Of a stretch of 20,677 bases of DNA, positions 1 through 10,887 are shown one piece after another. Position 1 is the stretch's first letter. Every line of letters begins with the position of its first letter. The stretch is from positions 59,095,259 to 59,115,935 of the forward strand of contig JANKJI020000004.1 in NCBI GenBank assembly GCA_024626585.2. The letters run 5' to 3'. The position numbers and the translations under genes were made by a program. Under the pieces are notes generated by a model, which ran no database searches, had not been told where the DNA came from, and was given only the letters and a program-made list of their open reading frames with translations. The stretch is from Ginkgo biloba. Lineage: Eukaryota > Plantae > Ginkgophyta.

Positions 1-1270
1 ATTCACACTACACATTATTGGACATCTATCAAAGGTGACTCTTTTGGAAGAAATGATATTTCAGATGTAAAAGGCATGATTGACTTAACTCCATTTCATG
101 GTGAATGTATTTTTCATTTATATAAATGTATTGCATATGTTATTCACAATAGATTATGATCTATACTTTTTCTAATTTTTGCATATGTAGGATTTATGAG
201 CAGTCACAACTAATTTTATTGGTGAATATTATTGGTGATAACATTCTACAGTCATAGAAGGGTGAAAGTTTGATTAGAAGTGAATTAAGTTTTGTAGGTT
301 ATGTTAACCCAATAATAATCCATGGTTGCTACTGTCTTCTCCATTAATATGATGCATTCTAGGTTTGCTACAGACTAGAATATTTGGTTACATGATGTAT
401 TCTAAGCCTACTATAAAAAAATTTAACACTCCTTTATATGATACATTTTAGAATCCTTATTTTATAAGATCAAATCACATGATGACTTATTTTAGAAGGG
501 AATGTAGAATGCATCTGAGTCCACCCATATTGTTCCTCAATGGGAATATACCATCGACTAAAAAACACACAACCATATCTTGTAGAACTGCATATTGATC
601 TTCCATATGTTCATTCACCCTATATATGTCTTATGAACTTATCTCTAGTCATAGACATATAATTATAGTAGGTGATACGATTCTACATTTTCCACCAGAT
701 TCAATTATTCATATCATAGTTAAACACGCTTAATTTTTCCCATTTGAAACACTCTATTCTTCATAATCGGATTATTTTCTTAATTCTTCACAATCAAATC
801 AATTTTGTCTCAACTTTTCACCAAGTATTTTAGAAACATCGCACATTTATGATAGAATGTACTGAGAAGCAAGTTTGAACATTATATGTAGTGGTATATG
901 TGATTTTAAAATCCATTCAAATTCTAATCGAATGGGCACAACTGGTAGATAAATGTAATCCTAGGGATGATACACATGGTTTATTTATTTTTTTAGATAA
1001 TGGTATTTATTGGAATGGTAATAAGCTAGTGGATAAGAATAATCTTGAAGATGATACCTAATCATTTTGTTGATAATTTTCCATTATACAACACACAATC
1101 TCTTTGAATAGTATTTATTGAGGCATGCGAAGACACATTGCACAGGTTGATTGAATATAATATTATAATATGTAATAATAAGTTATATTAGAATAGTTCA
1201 TACCATTTTAATATATATATAGCATATTTAAAATATAATATCTATTAATAGGATGTGATATCTATATCTA

Positions 1271-1310
1271 TGTGTGTGTGTGTGTGTGTGTACACACACA
1301 CACACACACA
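1271..1310. repeat. Compound microsatellite (TG)10-TA-(CA)9 forming a perfect palindrome
   Basis: Read directly: (TG)10 at 1271-1290, TA at 1291-1292, (CA)9 at 1293-1310. Bases 1273-1310 are self-complementary. It lies 10 bp before the gap at 1321. Confidence 0.95.
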
Positions 1311-1437
1311 TGATCTCTAANNNNNNNNNNNNNNNNNNNNNNNNNNNNNNNNNNNNNNNNNNNNNNNNNNNNNNNNNNNNNNNNNNNNNNNNNNNNNNNN
1401 NNNNNNNNNNNNNNNNNNNNCTATTTCTCTACAATGA

Positions 1438-1690
1438 AGGGTGAAGAGAAACTTGATGGAATTTGTAAACCCATGTGACAATTTTAGATGGAGTCCCATG
1501 GGTAGAAATATTACCATTTTAGGTGGAGATATAATTAATTATTATAGTGATGTTTCTATGATTCATATTCCATTGATGAAACTCAACAAAGGTTTTTTTT
1601 TTACTCCATTCTAATGGGAAAGGCACCAATCTACTTCTAGATCTAGATTATTCAGTTGCTTCTGGCAACCTCTTCCCTATGGAGTCGATG
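1438..1690 (+). mobile_element. Possible degenerate non-LTR (L1-type) APE endonuclease fragment
   Basis: Translation gives ...ITILGGD (ILGGD at 1516-1530)...IHIPLMKLNKGFFFT, then after a +1 shift HSNGKGTNLLLDLDYSVASGNLFP. This recalls the ILGGDFN / FTWSN / SRLDRF motifs of plant LINE endonucleases in the correct order, but is heavily decayed. Confidence 0.35.
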
Positions 1691-2795
1691 TTAATGAATA
1701 TTTTTGTCACTATATTATATGTATATATATATATAATTTATTTTTATTTTATTTATTATGTGCCTAAGGTAGAGGGGATTATCCCTCCCTCCTCATATTG
1801 TTCAATTGATATCATATTTTTAGGATTCCTACAAGTCCATCCAACCTCTTCCAAATCCATTATGAGTACTTCCTTCCTTTGATTATGGATTATTTTCATC
1901 CTTTTCATTACATGAGATGTTTCATTTATTCGCTCCATTTTATCACTTTATTTCANNNNNNNNNNNNNNNNNNNNNNNNTGATGTGTTAATACCCTAGTG
2001 ATATCAACCTATGGTTTCATATAGCCACAAGACCATATTTAACCCCTTTTATTTTAATAATATCGAGTATACCTAAATACCTTACACTTATCATACAAAT
2101 ATTTTAAAATATAAAAGGGATGAGATTCACAAATCAGATGGTTCAAAGTTTAAAAAATAGAGAGAAGAATATAGTAGAGAAGAAATAATAGAGAGGAAGA
2201 GAGCAAGATAACTTAGTTTGGTTGAATTCATTCATGCATAAACCTCCACTCACTAAGAGGTATTCTCATTCTTTATTTGATCATTTTTTTATTTCCTATG
2301 CATCTCTAATCATGATTGTGTATTACTACATTACTCATAGATAGTATAATATTTCAACACTATTCTCTTCTATATTTACTCTCTATCTTACCCTTTTCCA
2401 ACTAATTTTTACAAACATATTATCAAATATCAAAATTGAGTTCTGCATACACCTACTTTGGTTACTCATGGCTTGTCATCCCTAGGTTCATTATGAAATT
2501 GCATTTAGTTTTCAATCTTCATGGAGGTCCTACCACTTTCTTGCTCAACTAAGATAGTTTTCTCCTAAATGCTTGTTCACTATAGTGAAAAATGTGCCCA
2601 TACATTAACCACTAACCACCATTTATGACTCTTAAAATTCCATATTTCATCTTATAGTAGGAATTCTTATTATTTTATCATCCTATTTGAGTCGCNNNNN
2701 NNNNNNNNNNNNNNNNNNNNNNNNNNNNNNNNNNNNNNNNNNNNNNNNNNNNNNNNNNNNNNNNNNNNNNNNNNNNNNNNNNNNNNNNNNNNNNN

Positions 2796-2839
2796 TATAT
2801 ATATATATACATATACCTATATATATATATATATATATG

Positions 2840-2872
<33 letters not shown>
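2796..2872. repeat. Interrupted (TA)n microsatellite
   Basis: Directly visible TA run with CA/TG interruptions, abutting the gap at 2696-2795. Confidence 0.95.
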
Positions 2873-4831
2873 CTACTACGTTTACTCTCTGTCTCCCCTT
2901 AGTTTCAACTAGTTCTTATAAATATATTGACCAAGATCTCTGTAGTTTTTCTATGACCTATTTTGACTTTTCCATCCATTAAAATATCTATTCGTTACCT
3001 ATGTTATCCCTATATCATTTATTTATAGTCTACACATTGTCCTCATATAGTCACATGAATAAAATAAGTTACCTGAGAACTATCTTACTGTGCTTTATGT
3101 TTTCCTCTATTCATTTCATTCTCCTCTATTGCAGATGGCCACTTCTTGGTATCTCATTTATTTGCATCGATAACTCTATTAATACGATCATGGTTTTTTG
3201 AGAAATTATATCTTAGACATTCTAGATGCATTCAACTTTGAATCTCAACCTATTGATCAATCTTGGGCCGCATAGAGTTGCCTCACATTTTTTTTTTTTA
3301 TTTATTCTATGACTTTATAAATTCAATGGTGAATAATTAAGAAAGGGCTTAATGTTTGAAACTTCTAATCATATGGTGCCCATGGGACTTAGTTGATTTA
3401 TCTTAGGGGCTTAGTAGTCTTTTTCACTATTCCTTCACTATTTTTCATTCTCCTTTTTGCATATTCCATCCCACCATTCATTTGTACGCTCATTATTGAT
3501 AAAACAATTTCATTCCTTACCAATTTGTTGATTGAGGAGTAGTGGCACATCAAGGTGGATTAAGTGGAAGATGGTCATTATGAGCAGTCATGGATTTTGA
3601 TCATATGATGAGTATGTGTGTACTACATTCCATTACTATGATGCATATTTATGTTTTTCATTTCTCTTTATTTCAAATTTTAAATGATGAAATAGGTCCT
3701 ATTTATTTATTTCTAATTTTATGTTTATTTTAAAATTAATTGAAAACTTTAAATGTCATGCTTTATTGAATGCTTGAAATACATAACAAAAACTAACTTA
3801 AAACTGGCTTAACTTAGTTAAATTTTTCTTTAACAAAAAATTATGTTAAATGGATGTTAAATACAAGATAATTCCTTTTAATTTTTTATCCTTTTCTGAT
3901 TTTGGAATGATAGCCATAATGTTTCTACTTATCTTTTACATTATTTTCATAGTCTTCTAAATAATTTAATTTTGAAATATTTATGAGTTTAATGAGAAAA
4001 GACTAGAGTTCTTATGAAAACATGAAAACCAAGAAACCAAAACAATTAGGAAAAACTATATCTATTATAGTAACTAATAGACAATAATAAGTATACATGC
4101 AAAACATTCATTAAAACCACTCTAAAATAATTATGTTGCCAACCACCCATTAAATGGTCAAGGGAAACCAAGTCCTTAAGTCTATGTTAACGACCTAGTA
4201 TGGGTATACCTCAGATCTTGATTTCCTATTAGGTTACTCCTATATTATTTTATCTAGTATTTTTCTTAGGTCTGTGCATCATCCTTATATCATGTAAGTT
4301 AATAGTGCCTCCTAACTTGACAACTAATCATCCTCTCAGGTGAATCTAGTAGATCAATCTCGAACACCATCATGCTAACCTAGTCATGAGACTGGTAAAT
4401 ATTCTCTAGCAATCATATTGGGGACTAACTTGATCTCCCAATTTGAAGTGTATTCAATATGAATCCTCCATCATCCCTAGGTGCTCTAAATGTGTATAGG
4501 GTTTATAACTCGAATACAACCATCTTCCTGATAGAATACACTAACCCACACCATATAGTGGCTATGTGGCTTACCCTAAACATGTTGTACTTGGATGGAA
4601 AATAAGCTCTATTACCGATAATCGCCATCCCCTTGTGTAAATATTTAAGCAAGTTGGATAGAAATCTAAATGACCAAGTTTAATTTTACCGGTGGTCACT
4701 TTTCAACAATCATCCATAAATTATCAATTAGGGATTTCATTAACTTATGATGGGAAGGAGGAAAGAAACCTACTCCACCAAAGAATTCAAAAGATACAAT
4801 TCCTATTCTACAGATACCACGTGTAGTAAAT

Positions 4832-5932
4832 TAGAAAATAGCAATCTAGAATTCTTTTGAGAAAAAATGGAACAAATTAACTATCTGTCAAATGCTACTC
4901 CTACAAATCTAAGTCTAGAACCTGAAACTAAACTAACTATCAAATGCAAATAGGAAAATATGTCTATCTATGGGTATATCCAAAAGTTACTATCATTTAA
5001 TAGGATCCCTTCTACAAAATACCACTAACTTCTACAAGGTTTAAATCGCCAAAACTATCCAATTTTATTATTATATCCATCAACTATTTTTATATCTTAT
5101 CATTGAAGCAGGTCATCGATTTAACTATCCACAACTAACCAAAATAATTACATGTTACATTATAATTGTAAGAAATATGTATTAGTTGTACCAGTCACAT
5201 ACCAATTGGTAAGTACACTACATGCGAGTCACTAAGGGTTACTAGTCACTAAGTGACTGGTAATTACATTAAAATGCAATCACGTATAAAAATCAGTATA
5301 CATGGGTAATAANNNNNNNNNNNNNNNNNNNNNNNNNNNNNNNNNNNNNNNNNNNNNNNNNNNNNNNNNNNNNNNNNNNNNNNNNNNNNNNNNNNNNNNN
5401 NNNNNNNNNNNNTAGGAAATAATAATCTAGAATTATTTTGAGAAGAAATGGAACAAATGAACTATCTGTCAAATGCTACTCCTATGAATCTAAGTTTGGA
5501 AACTAAAATTAAACTAATTATCAAATGTAAATAAGAGAATATGTCTCTCTATGGGTGCAGCCAGAAGTTACTAGCATTTAATAGGGGGGCTTATGTAAAA
5601 TACCACTAACTTCTGTAAGGTTTGAATCACCAAAACTATCTGATTTTATTATTGTATNNNNNNNNNNAACTATTTATACATATTATCAATAAAGTAGTTC
5701 ATCAATTTAACTATTTGCAACTAACTGAAATAGTTACCCATTACATTATAACCATAAGAAATATGTATTAGTCATACCAGTCACATATCATGTGGTAAGT
5801 ACACTATATGCCAGTCAAATACCGATTGGTAAGTATACTACATTCCAATCACTAAGGGTTACCAGTCACTAAGTGACTGGTAAGCACATTAAAATGCAGT
5901 CACTTACAAAACTTAGTATATATGGGTAAGAA
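4832..5932. repeat. Diverged direct tandem duplication (~480-520 bp unit), copies 4832-5312 and 5413-5932
   Basis: The copies are colinear throughout, sharing for example AATGGAACAAAT, AACTATCTGTCAAATGCTACTCCTA, AAATACCACTAACTTCT and GTCACTAAGTGACTGGTAA. They are separated by a 100-N gap and lie just upstream of the gag at ~6000, so may be element 5' leader. Confidence 0.9.
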
Positions 5933-7354
5933 GAGAAAAAATAGAATAGAGAACATAAATGACAGTAGGGTCTTTTGGCGCATGAGTTGATCCTGGAATC
6001 ATATATCTTCAATTAGCAACCTTCATTGCTAAAATATGCCAAAAATCCATGAAAGAGTGATAAGAAAAATAATCGCTTATCATTTCCCCCCTAGCTTCCA
6101 NNNNNNNNNNGGCATACTATACTATTAGGGTTTTATCAGAATAGGTCATGATGTAACGTTTTTGTAATACCCTCATGAGTGATTCCATTAAATGGTATCA
6201 CACAATAGCCCCCTAGTCCATCTCTTCATAGTATGAGCTAAGTATGTCTTTCATTTGATAGTTTACTAAAGGTATTAACATTACACAAGTCCTCAAGACC
6301 TTCATAAATATAACTCAAAACTTAAGTGACTTTGTTAAATATTTCACCACACAATTCTTAAAACTAAAATATACCATACTAGCCTCCCACACATAAAATG
6401 ATGCAACTTCTTGTATTTATTACTATAATGGACTTCCACCAGATTATAAATTTAGAATTGAAAAAAACCCTAGTTGTATGTTATAAGACATTATAAATGT
6501 ATGTTTACAATATAAATAAAGACTACAACAAAGTGACCAGTAAGATTCATAACCCTTCCTCATCTAAGGTTATCCCTAGCATGTCACCAAATCATAATGA
6601 AGGAACAACAACTAAATCACAAATAAATAATTTTTTGTAGACATTGTCTAATGAGATAGTATATATAAAGCATAGGATGGATGAATCATTTTCATCATTG
6701 CATATCCTAACAAGACCACCCACACAGATAATCTCTTTAATATAATACGCACCTAAAGTGACTCAATCTCAGGATTCTATTCATCTATCGTCCATTCATC
6801 AAAATTGAAAGTGGTATGAATTTTGTTTGCATAGCCTCACATGATTTGAGTGAGTGTAGATATTACCCTAGGGTCAAATAGTAGCTTCAAAGAGTCACAT
6901 GTTAGTCTCTTCTAAAAGACTCTCCTAATTAGTAGATGGGAGTATTTACCAACCCCTTCCCTTCAAAAGAATCTTCCTCCTCGTATTAGGGGGGAAGCAT
7001 TCAATAAATTAGTGATAATGATGAAGGGGAAGAATGTTTGTTTAGGACTAGGTCATAGGAAAAAAACTCTTAATCTATTGCTACTAAGGTAAATAAATTC
7101 AAACAACATATTTCTCTCCAACCTCTTATCTAGCTACAAAAAATAAATCCCTTGATACATATTTGATAGAACCTTCTATATACNNNNNNNNNNNNNNNNN
7201 NNNNNNNNNNNNNNNNNNNNNNNNNNNNNNNNNCTAACATGAGCTTTATAGATACTCTTAAATATATCAATAGGAAATAAACTTGCTCAAATCCCTTGAC
7301 TCTTCATAGAGTCTCTTGGTTAACCCCAAAAACTTAGTTGTTAATACTAAAGGT

Positions 7355-7740
7355 AATTCTCCCTTCTACATATCAGTTCATATTAATAATCTTATATTAA
7401 TCAACTACTTAGTTGACACTAGGATAGTACACAACACCATGTCTCTTGTCAACATAAAATGATTAAGACTCAAAATTATAGGATCTTATATTAATAGTTT
7501 AAATGGTTTCAATGGTCATGGTATCAAACCTTTGTTTTAGGTCAAGGATATTTGCATCTCTATCAAACATCCTAACCTTTGTGTAGTGTTTACTTTTATC
7601 ATAATTGACATTGCAACCACCTACATAATTATTTTAGGATGACCTTGGATCAACGACCATAAAGTCGATATCAGTATGCATAGGACCATATTAACTCTAC
7701 CCTATCATGGTGGTACTAAGACCATTTAGGATGAAACTAG
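7355..7740 (+). pseudogene. Retroelement aspartic protease pseudo-domain
   Basis: Single frame. LVDTR at 7409-7423 is catalytic DTG with a G>A change, and LG*PW at 7634-7648 is LGRPW with CGA>TGA. Confidence 0.9.
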
Positions 7741-7892
7741 AAAGTTCAATCTATTTTTAATTTACTAGAGGTGAGGTAGGAAAGTCTAGCTAATATATCA
7801 TACTTTTAAAATTAGTTATCGACACTTATACCATTTTCAAAGAGATTCACATCGAATATTTTAATTTGAAGATTAGCCCAAAAATTAGAGGG

Positions 7893-8057
7893 GACATTTG
7901 GACTTTAATGTTTGATAAATCCTAAAACTAAAATGAGGTTTGGATAGGGTTTATTGTCTAGAATGAGTATAATATTTCATTTTATTTTAGCATCTAATTA
8001 GAATTCTCTTATTCTAATAATGTCACAAAATACAAGGCATCAATAGTTGGAATGGAA
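7893..8057 (+). pseudogene. Archaeal-type RNase HI (aRH) pseudo-domain, N-terminal half
   Basis: DIWTLMFDKS*N*NEVWIGFIV*NEYNISFYFSI*LEFSYSNNVTKYKASIVGME matches the Tat aRH pattern WxLxFDGS...GxG...LEFxCTNNxAEYEAxxxGL. Confidence 0.85.
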
Positions 8058-9027
8058 NNNNNNNNNNNNNNNNNNNNNNNNNNNNNNNNNNNNNNNNNNN
8101 NNNNNNNNNNNNNNNNNNNNNNNNNNNNNNNNNNNNNNNNNNNNNNNNNNNNNNNNNTTGGACCCAAACTGCTTTTGTCAATTCTTAAGAAAAAACTAAC
8201 TTCCAGTTAAATTTAAGCAAAATTCATGCAATTTCAACTAGAGGTTCATAAGGTAAGAGTTGTATTATTTCCTATAAGTTTTAAAATAAGCCTAAGAAGA
8301 TGAAAAATAGGGCTATAGATAAAAATTTATGATAAAAAATGTAGTTAGTTGAAAAAATACAAAAATCGCCTATTTTTCCTATAACCATAAAATAATTTAA
8401 AAACAACTTCTTCATTTGATATCAGATGCTTCTGAAACCACTAGAAAACATCATATAATGGGGTAATTCCTTTAATTTTTAAAGTTTCAAAATTCAAGTT
8501 GTTATAACTTAATCATATATTAAACTTTAAAAGTTACTCGCTCATTGGCCCTTGTTGCGCTAGCTCCCTGACTGACCAAGGGAGGATATTAACCAAGGGA
8601 GGGGAAGAGGACTCCCTAGCCCTGACTATTTTTTTGTGTGGCCTACGATAAAGTGGTTCATTTTTTTATCATTTTAGCATTTACAAAAATGAACTACTTC
8701 AAGCAAATATGGCAGTTACATGTAATGAGACAGTTGTCAAAAGAATTAGTCATTATAATCTCTCTTTCTCCCTCCATTTGGAGGAAGTAAGCTATAATAT
8801 TTTTAGGTTCTAGTTATGAGTTCTTCATTTGGTTATAATTGTTGTAGTCATATATTGGCATCAAGATGTAATTTTTTTAGAGAATCGATCCTAAGTGGGA
8901 GTTATTTTGTGTATGCCATTTAATAAAAATTGAGTTTTTTAAGCATATGTTTCTTGTTATACTCTAATATAACATTTATAATTATTTTTTTCATTTAATG
9001 AAATTCTATTTTTCTTATATATTCATC

Positions 9028-10195
9028 TAGTGATGTTGTTCGATATTATGAATAAATAGATTTCTATGTATTTATTTTGCATGATGGAAAATGCCATGTG
9101 ACTATGAAGTAATGTATTAAGTTTCTCCCTCAACTTATAGTGACCCAAAACAATCTCACCTTTGTGGTTTTCTTAGGAAGGTGTTCAAAAATTTATTCTT
9201 CTTGGTTTTTTATATTTTATATCTACTATTAAGTATGGATTGTCTAGCCAATGCCATCATATCAACCTTTTTAGCATATTCTCTTCTCTTTGTTCTTCTC
9301 TAAATCATATTCTTCTTTGTGTGTAATTTTCTCTTCCTCCATATTACTAATTGAAGATAGAAGGTCTAATTATGCCATCATACTAGATCCAATAATAGAT
9401 GACCCTTCACTTTTCATTCTTCCTCTCCCTGATATAGTATTTTTCACTAATGATGTTGAAGTGTCTAGCCCATTCCATGATGTCAAACTCATCAGTGGAA
9501 AATCTAGTCTTCTTTCCTCTCTAACTCATATTAGAAACTTGTTTTCCCCAATATTCTCCAATATTTTGAATGCTCAATGTTTTCTACTAAAGATGGAAGT
9601 CTAGATCATTCCATCATACCAATCTCAATAATAAACATTTAAATATGCTCATATTTTATTTATCCTATTTTACNNNNNNNNNNNNNNNNNNNNNNNNNNN
9701 NNNNNNNNNNNNNNNNNNNNNNNNNNNNNNNNNNNNNNNNNNNNNNNNNNNNNNNNNNNNNNNNNNNNNNNNNTAGTGATGTTGTTGAGTATTATAGATA
9801 AGCAACTTTATATGCATTTATTTTGCATGAGTTATCTGGGAAATATCATTCGATTTTAAAGTAATGTATCTAATTTCTCCCTCAACTTATAAGTGACCCA
9901 AAGAAATCCCACCTTTATGGTAAGGTATCTTGAAATTTATTCTTCTTGATTTGTCATATTTTGTATCTATTATTAAAGTTATATTATCTGGCCAATGTCA
10001 TCGTATCAACCTCATTAGAAAAAGCTCAATCCTTCTTCCTCCTTTAACTCATACCAAAAACATGTTGTCCCTAATAGTTCTAATGTTTTGCATGTTATAT
10101 GTCTTCTATTTCAGTTGTAATTTTGGATCACGTCATTATATCGACCTTAATGGTATGCATTTAGAGTTGCTCATCCTTTCTTTATTCTCTTTTAC
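9028..10195. repeat. Diverged tandem duplication (9028-9673 and 9774-10195) built from ~100-135 bp subunits
   Basis: Shared blocks include TAGTGATGTTGTT, ATTTATTTTGCATGA, TTTCTCCCTCAACTTATA (from 9122 and from 9874) and AAATTTATTCTTCTTG. A ~26 bp core recurs at 9242, 9364, 9463, 9599, 9986 and 10121. Confidence 0.85.
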
Positions 10196-10389
10196 ATTGT
10201 ACCATCCCCCTTCCTTTTCATTGAATTTTTAAATGTTATCCAATCCAAGTTTAGTTTAGTTTGTTGAATTTTGTTCAATAAGGGAAACCGCACCCATTAC
10301 AAAGAAAATTTATATTTTTTGTGGTTAGAGTGTGAATGCTTGGGTTGGATTCAATTTTATTATAACATAAGAATATTTTGACTCATCAA

Positions 10390-10887
10390 TAAGGGGACCT
10401 TGCTCTTACTTTAAGAACCTTGCCTTCATCCCCACTTTTTCTAACAACTTCCTACATTACTAACTTCTCAAATACTTTAATAACTACACTTTTGGTGCCT
10501 TCCATGTCTTCCTTGGACAATCTTAAGTTAGTTTTTACTACTCTAACCCCTTTGGATATGTTAGGATTAAATTGTTTCCACTTGTCTTCTTCATATCAAT
10601 TTTAGGAAGGTGAGTGAGTCTCTAATGGAGAGGCATTATATTAGTTCACCTAACCTGTTGGTTATAGAAGGGGTCCCTCTTATTCAAGAGCTAACAATCC
10701 TTAATCTTATAATTAGCACTCTATAACCTAAAGAAAATATTGGAAATGTTCATATATTTTACCAGTTGCATAAACGTGAAATCTTTGCATTAGATACATA
10801 GTTCATTTTTTAGTTATTTTGAGAGGTCTACCTCTACACAGACTCGACATTTAGGCCTTAGGTTAAGAACCATATGCATATCATAGT
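10390..10887 (-). mobile_element. Degenerate plant LINE (L1) ORF1 remnant (zf-CCHC_4 region and C-terminal tail)
   Basis: Minus strand: KCRVCVEVDLSK*LKNELCI*CKDFTFMQLVKYMNISNIFFRL*SANYKIKDC*LL. This matches the plant L1 ORF1 motif ARVCVEVDLSKPL...QxVxYxxLPxxCxxCxxxxHxxxxC with most zinc ligands decayed. The upstream part is lost in the gap 10888-11421. Confidence 0.8.

Larger units (their letters stand above)
6000..8057 (+). mobile_element. Degenerate Ty3/gypsy retrotransposon, Tat-type: gag - zinc knuckle - aspartic protease - archaeal-type RNase H (truncated by gap)
   Basis: Gag from 6121: VLSE*VMM*RFCNTLMSDSIKWYHTIAP*SISS*YELSMSFI**F...ITQNLSDFVKYFTTQFLKL...YYNGLPPDYKF (Retrotrans_gag pattern). 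Knuckle ~6813-6857: W[Y]EFC/CIASHDLSEC. Linker: SPN**MGVFTNPFP and RTRS*. Protease 7355-7740: PFYISVHINN..YLVDTR...IDIATTYIIILG*PW. RNase H 7893-8057: IWTLMFDKS...LEFSYSNNVTKYKASIVGME. Confidence 0.9.

Noticed and set aside
1756-1938. 60-aa minus-strand ORF and overlapping 1679..1882 ORF
   Set aside because: Both are short and partly low-complexity with no recognisable motif; possibly TE debris.
1980-4830. LTR-like non-coding segments (also 8158-8974)
   Set aside because: The composition and some motifs resemble plant LTRs, but I could not identify paired termini, TSDs or a second copy.
6163-6983. Apparent LTR bounded by TGTAATACCC and GGGAGTATTTACCA with a minus-strand polypurine tract at ~6952-6964
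   Set aside because: The whole stretch translates on the plus strand as gag (FCNTL...WYH, zinc knuckle, GVFTNPFP), so the termini-like motifs are coincidental.
7519-7530. TGGTATCA PBS-like motif (also at 6193-6200)
   Set aside because: Both lie inside decayed coding sequence (HGIKP in protease; WYH in gag).
9242-9270. piggyBac-like YDGIG motif on the minus strand
   Set aside because: No downstream cysteine-rich domain or DDD core is present, and the motif is just one reading of the repeat core.
9242-10146. CRISPR-like repeat/spacer array
   Set aside because: The context is plant-like, the cores are highly degenerate, the intervening segments are long and homologous between copies, and there are no cas genes.
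9290-10605. Plus-strand ORFs 9290..9604, 9930..10232 and 10420..10605
   Set aside because: They are Leu/Ser/Phe-rich antisense shadows of purine-rich minus-strand repeats or LINE sequence, with no recognisable domains.
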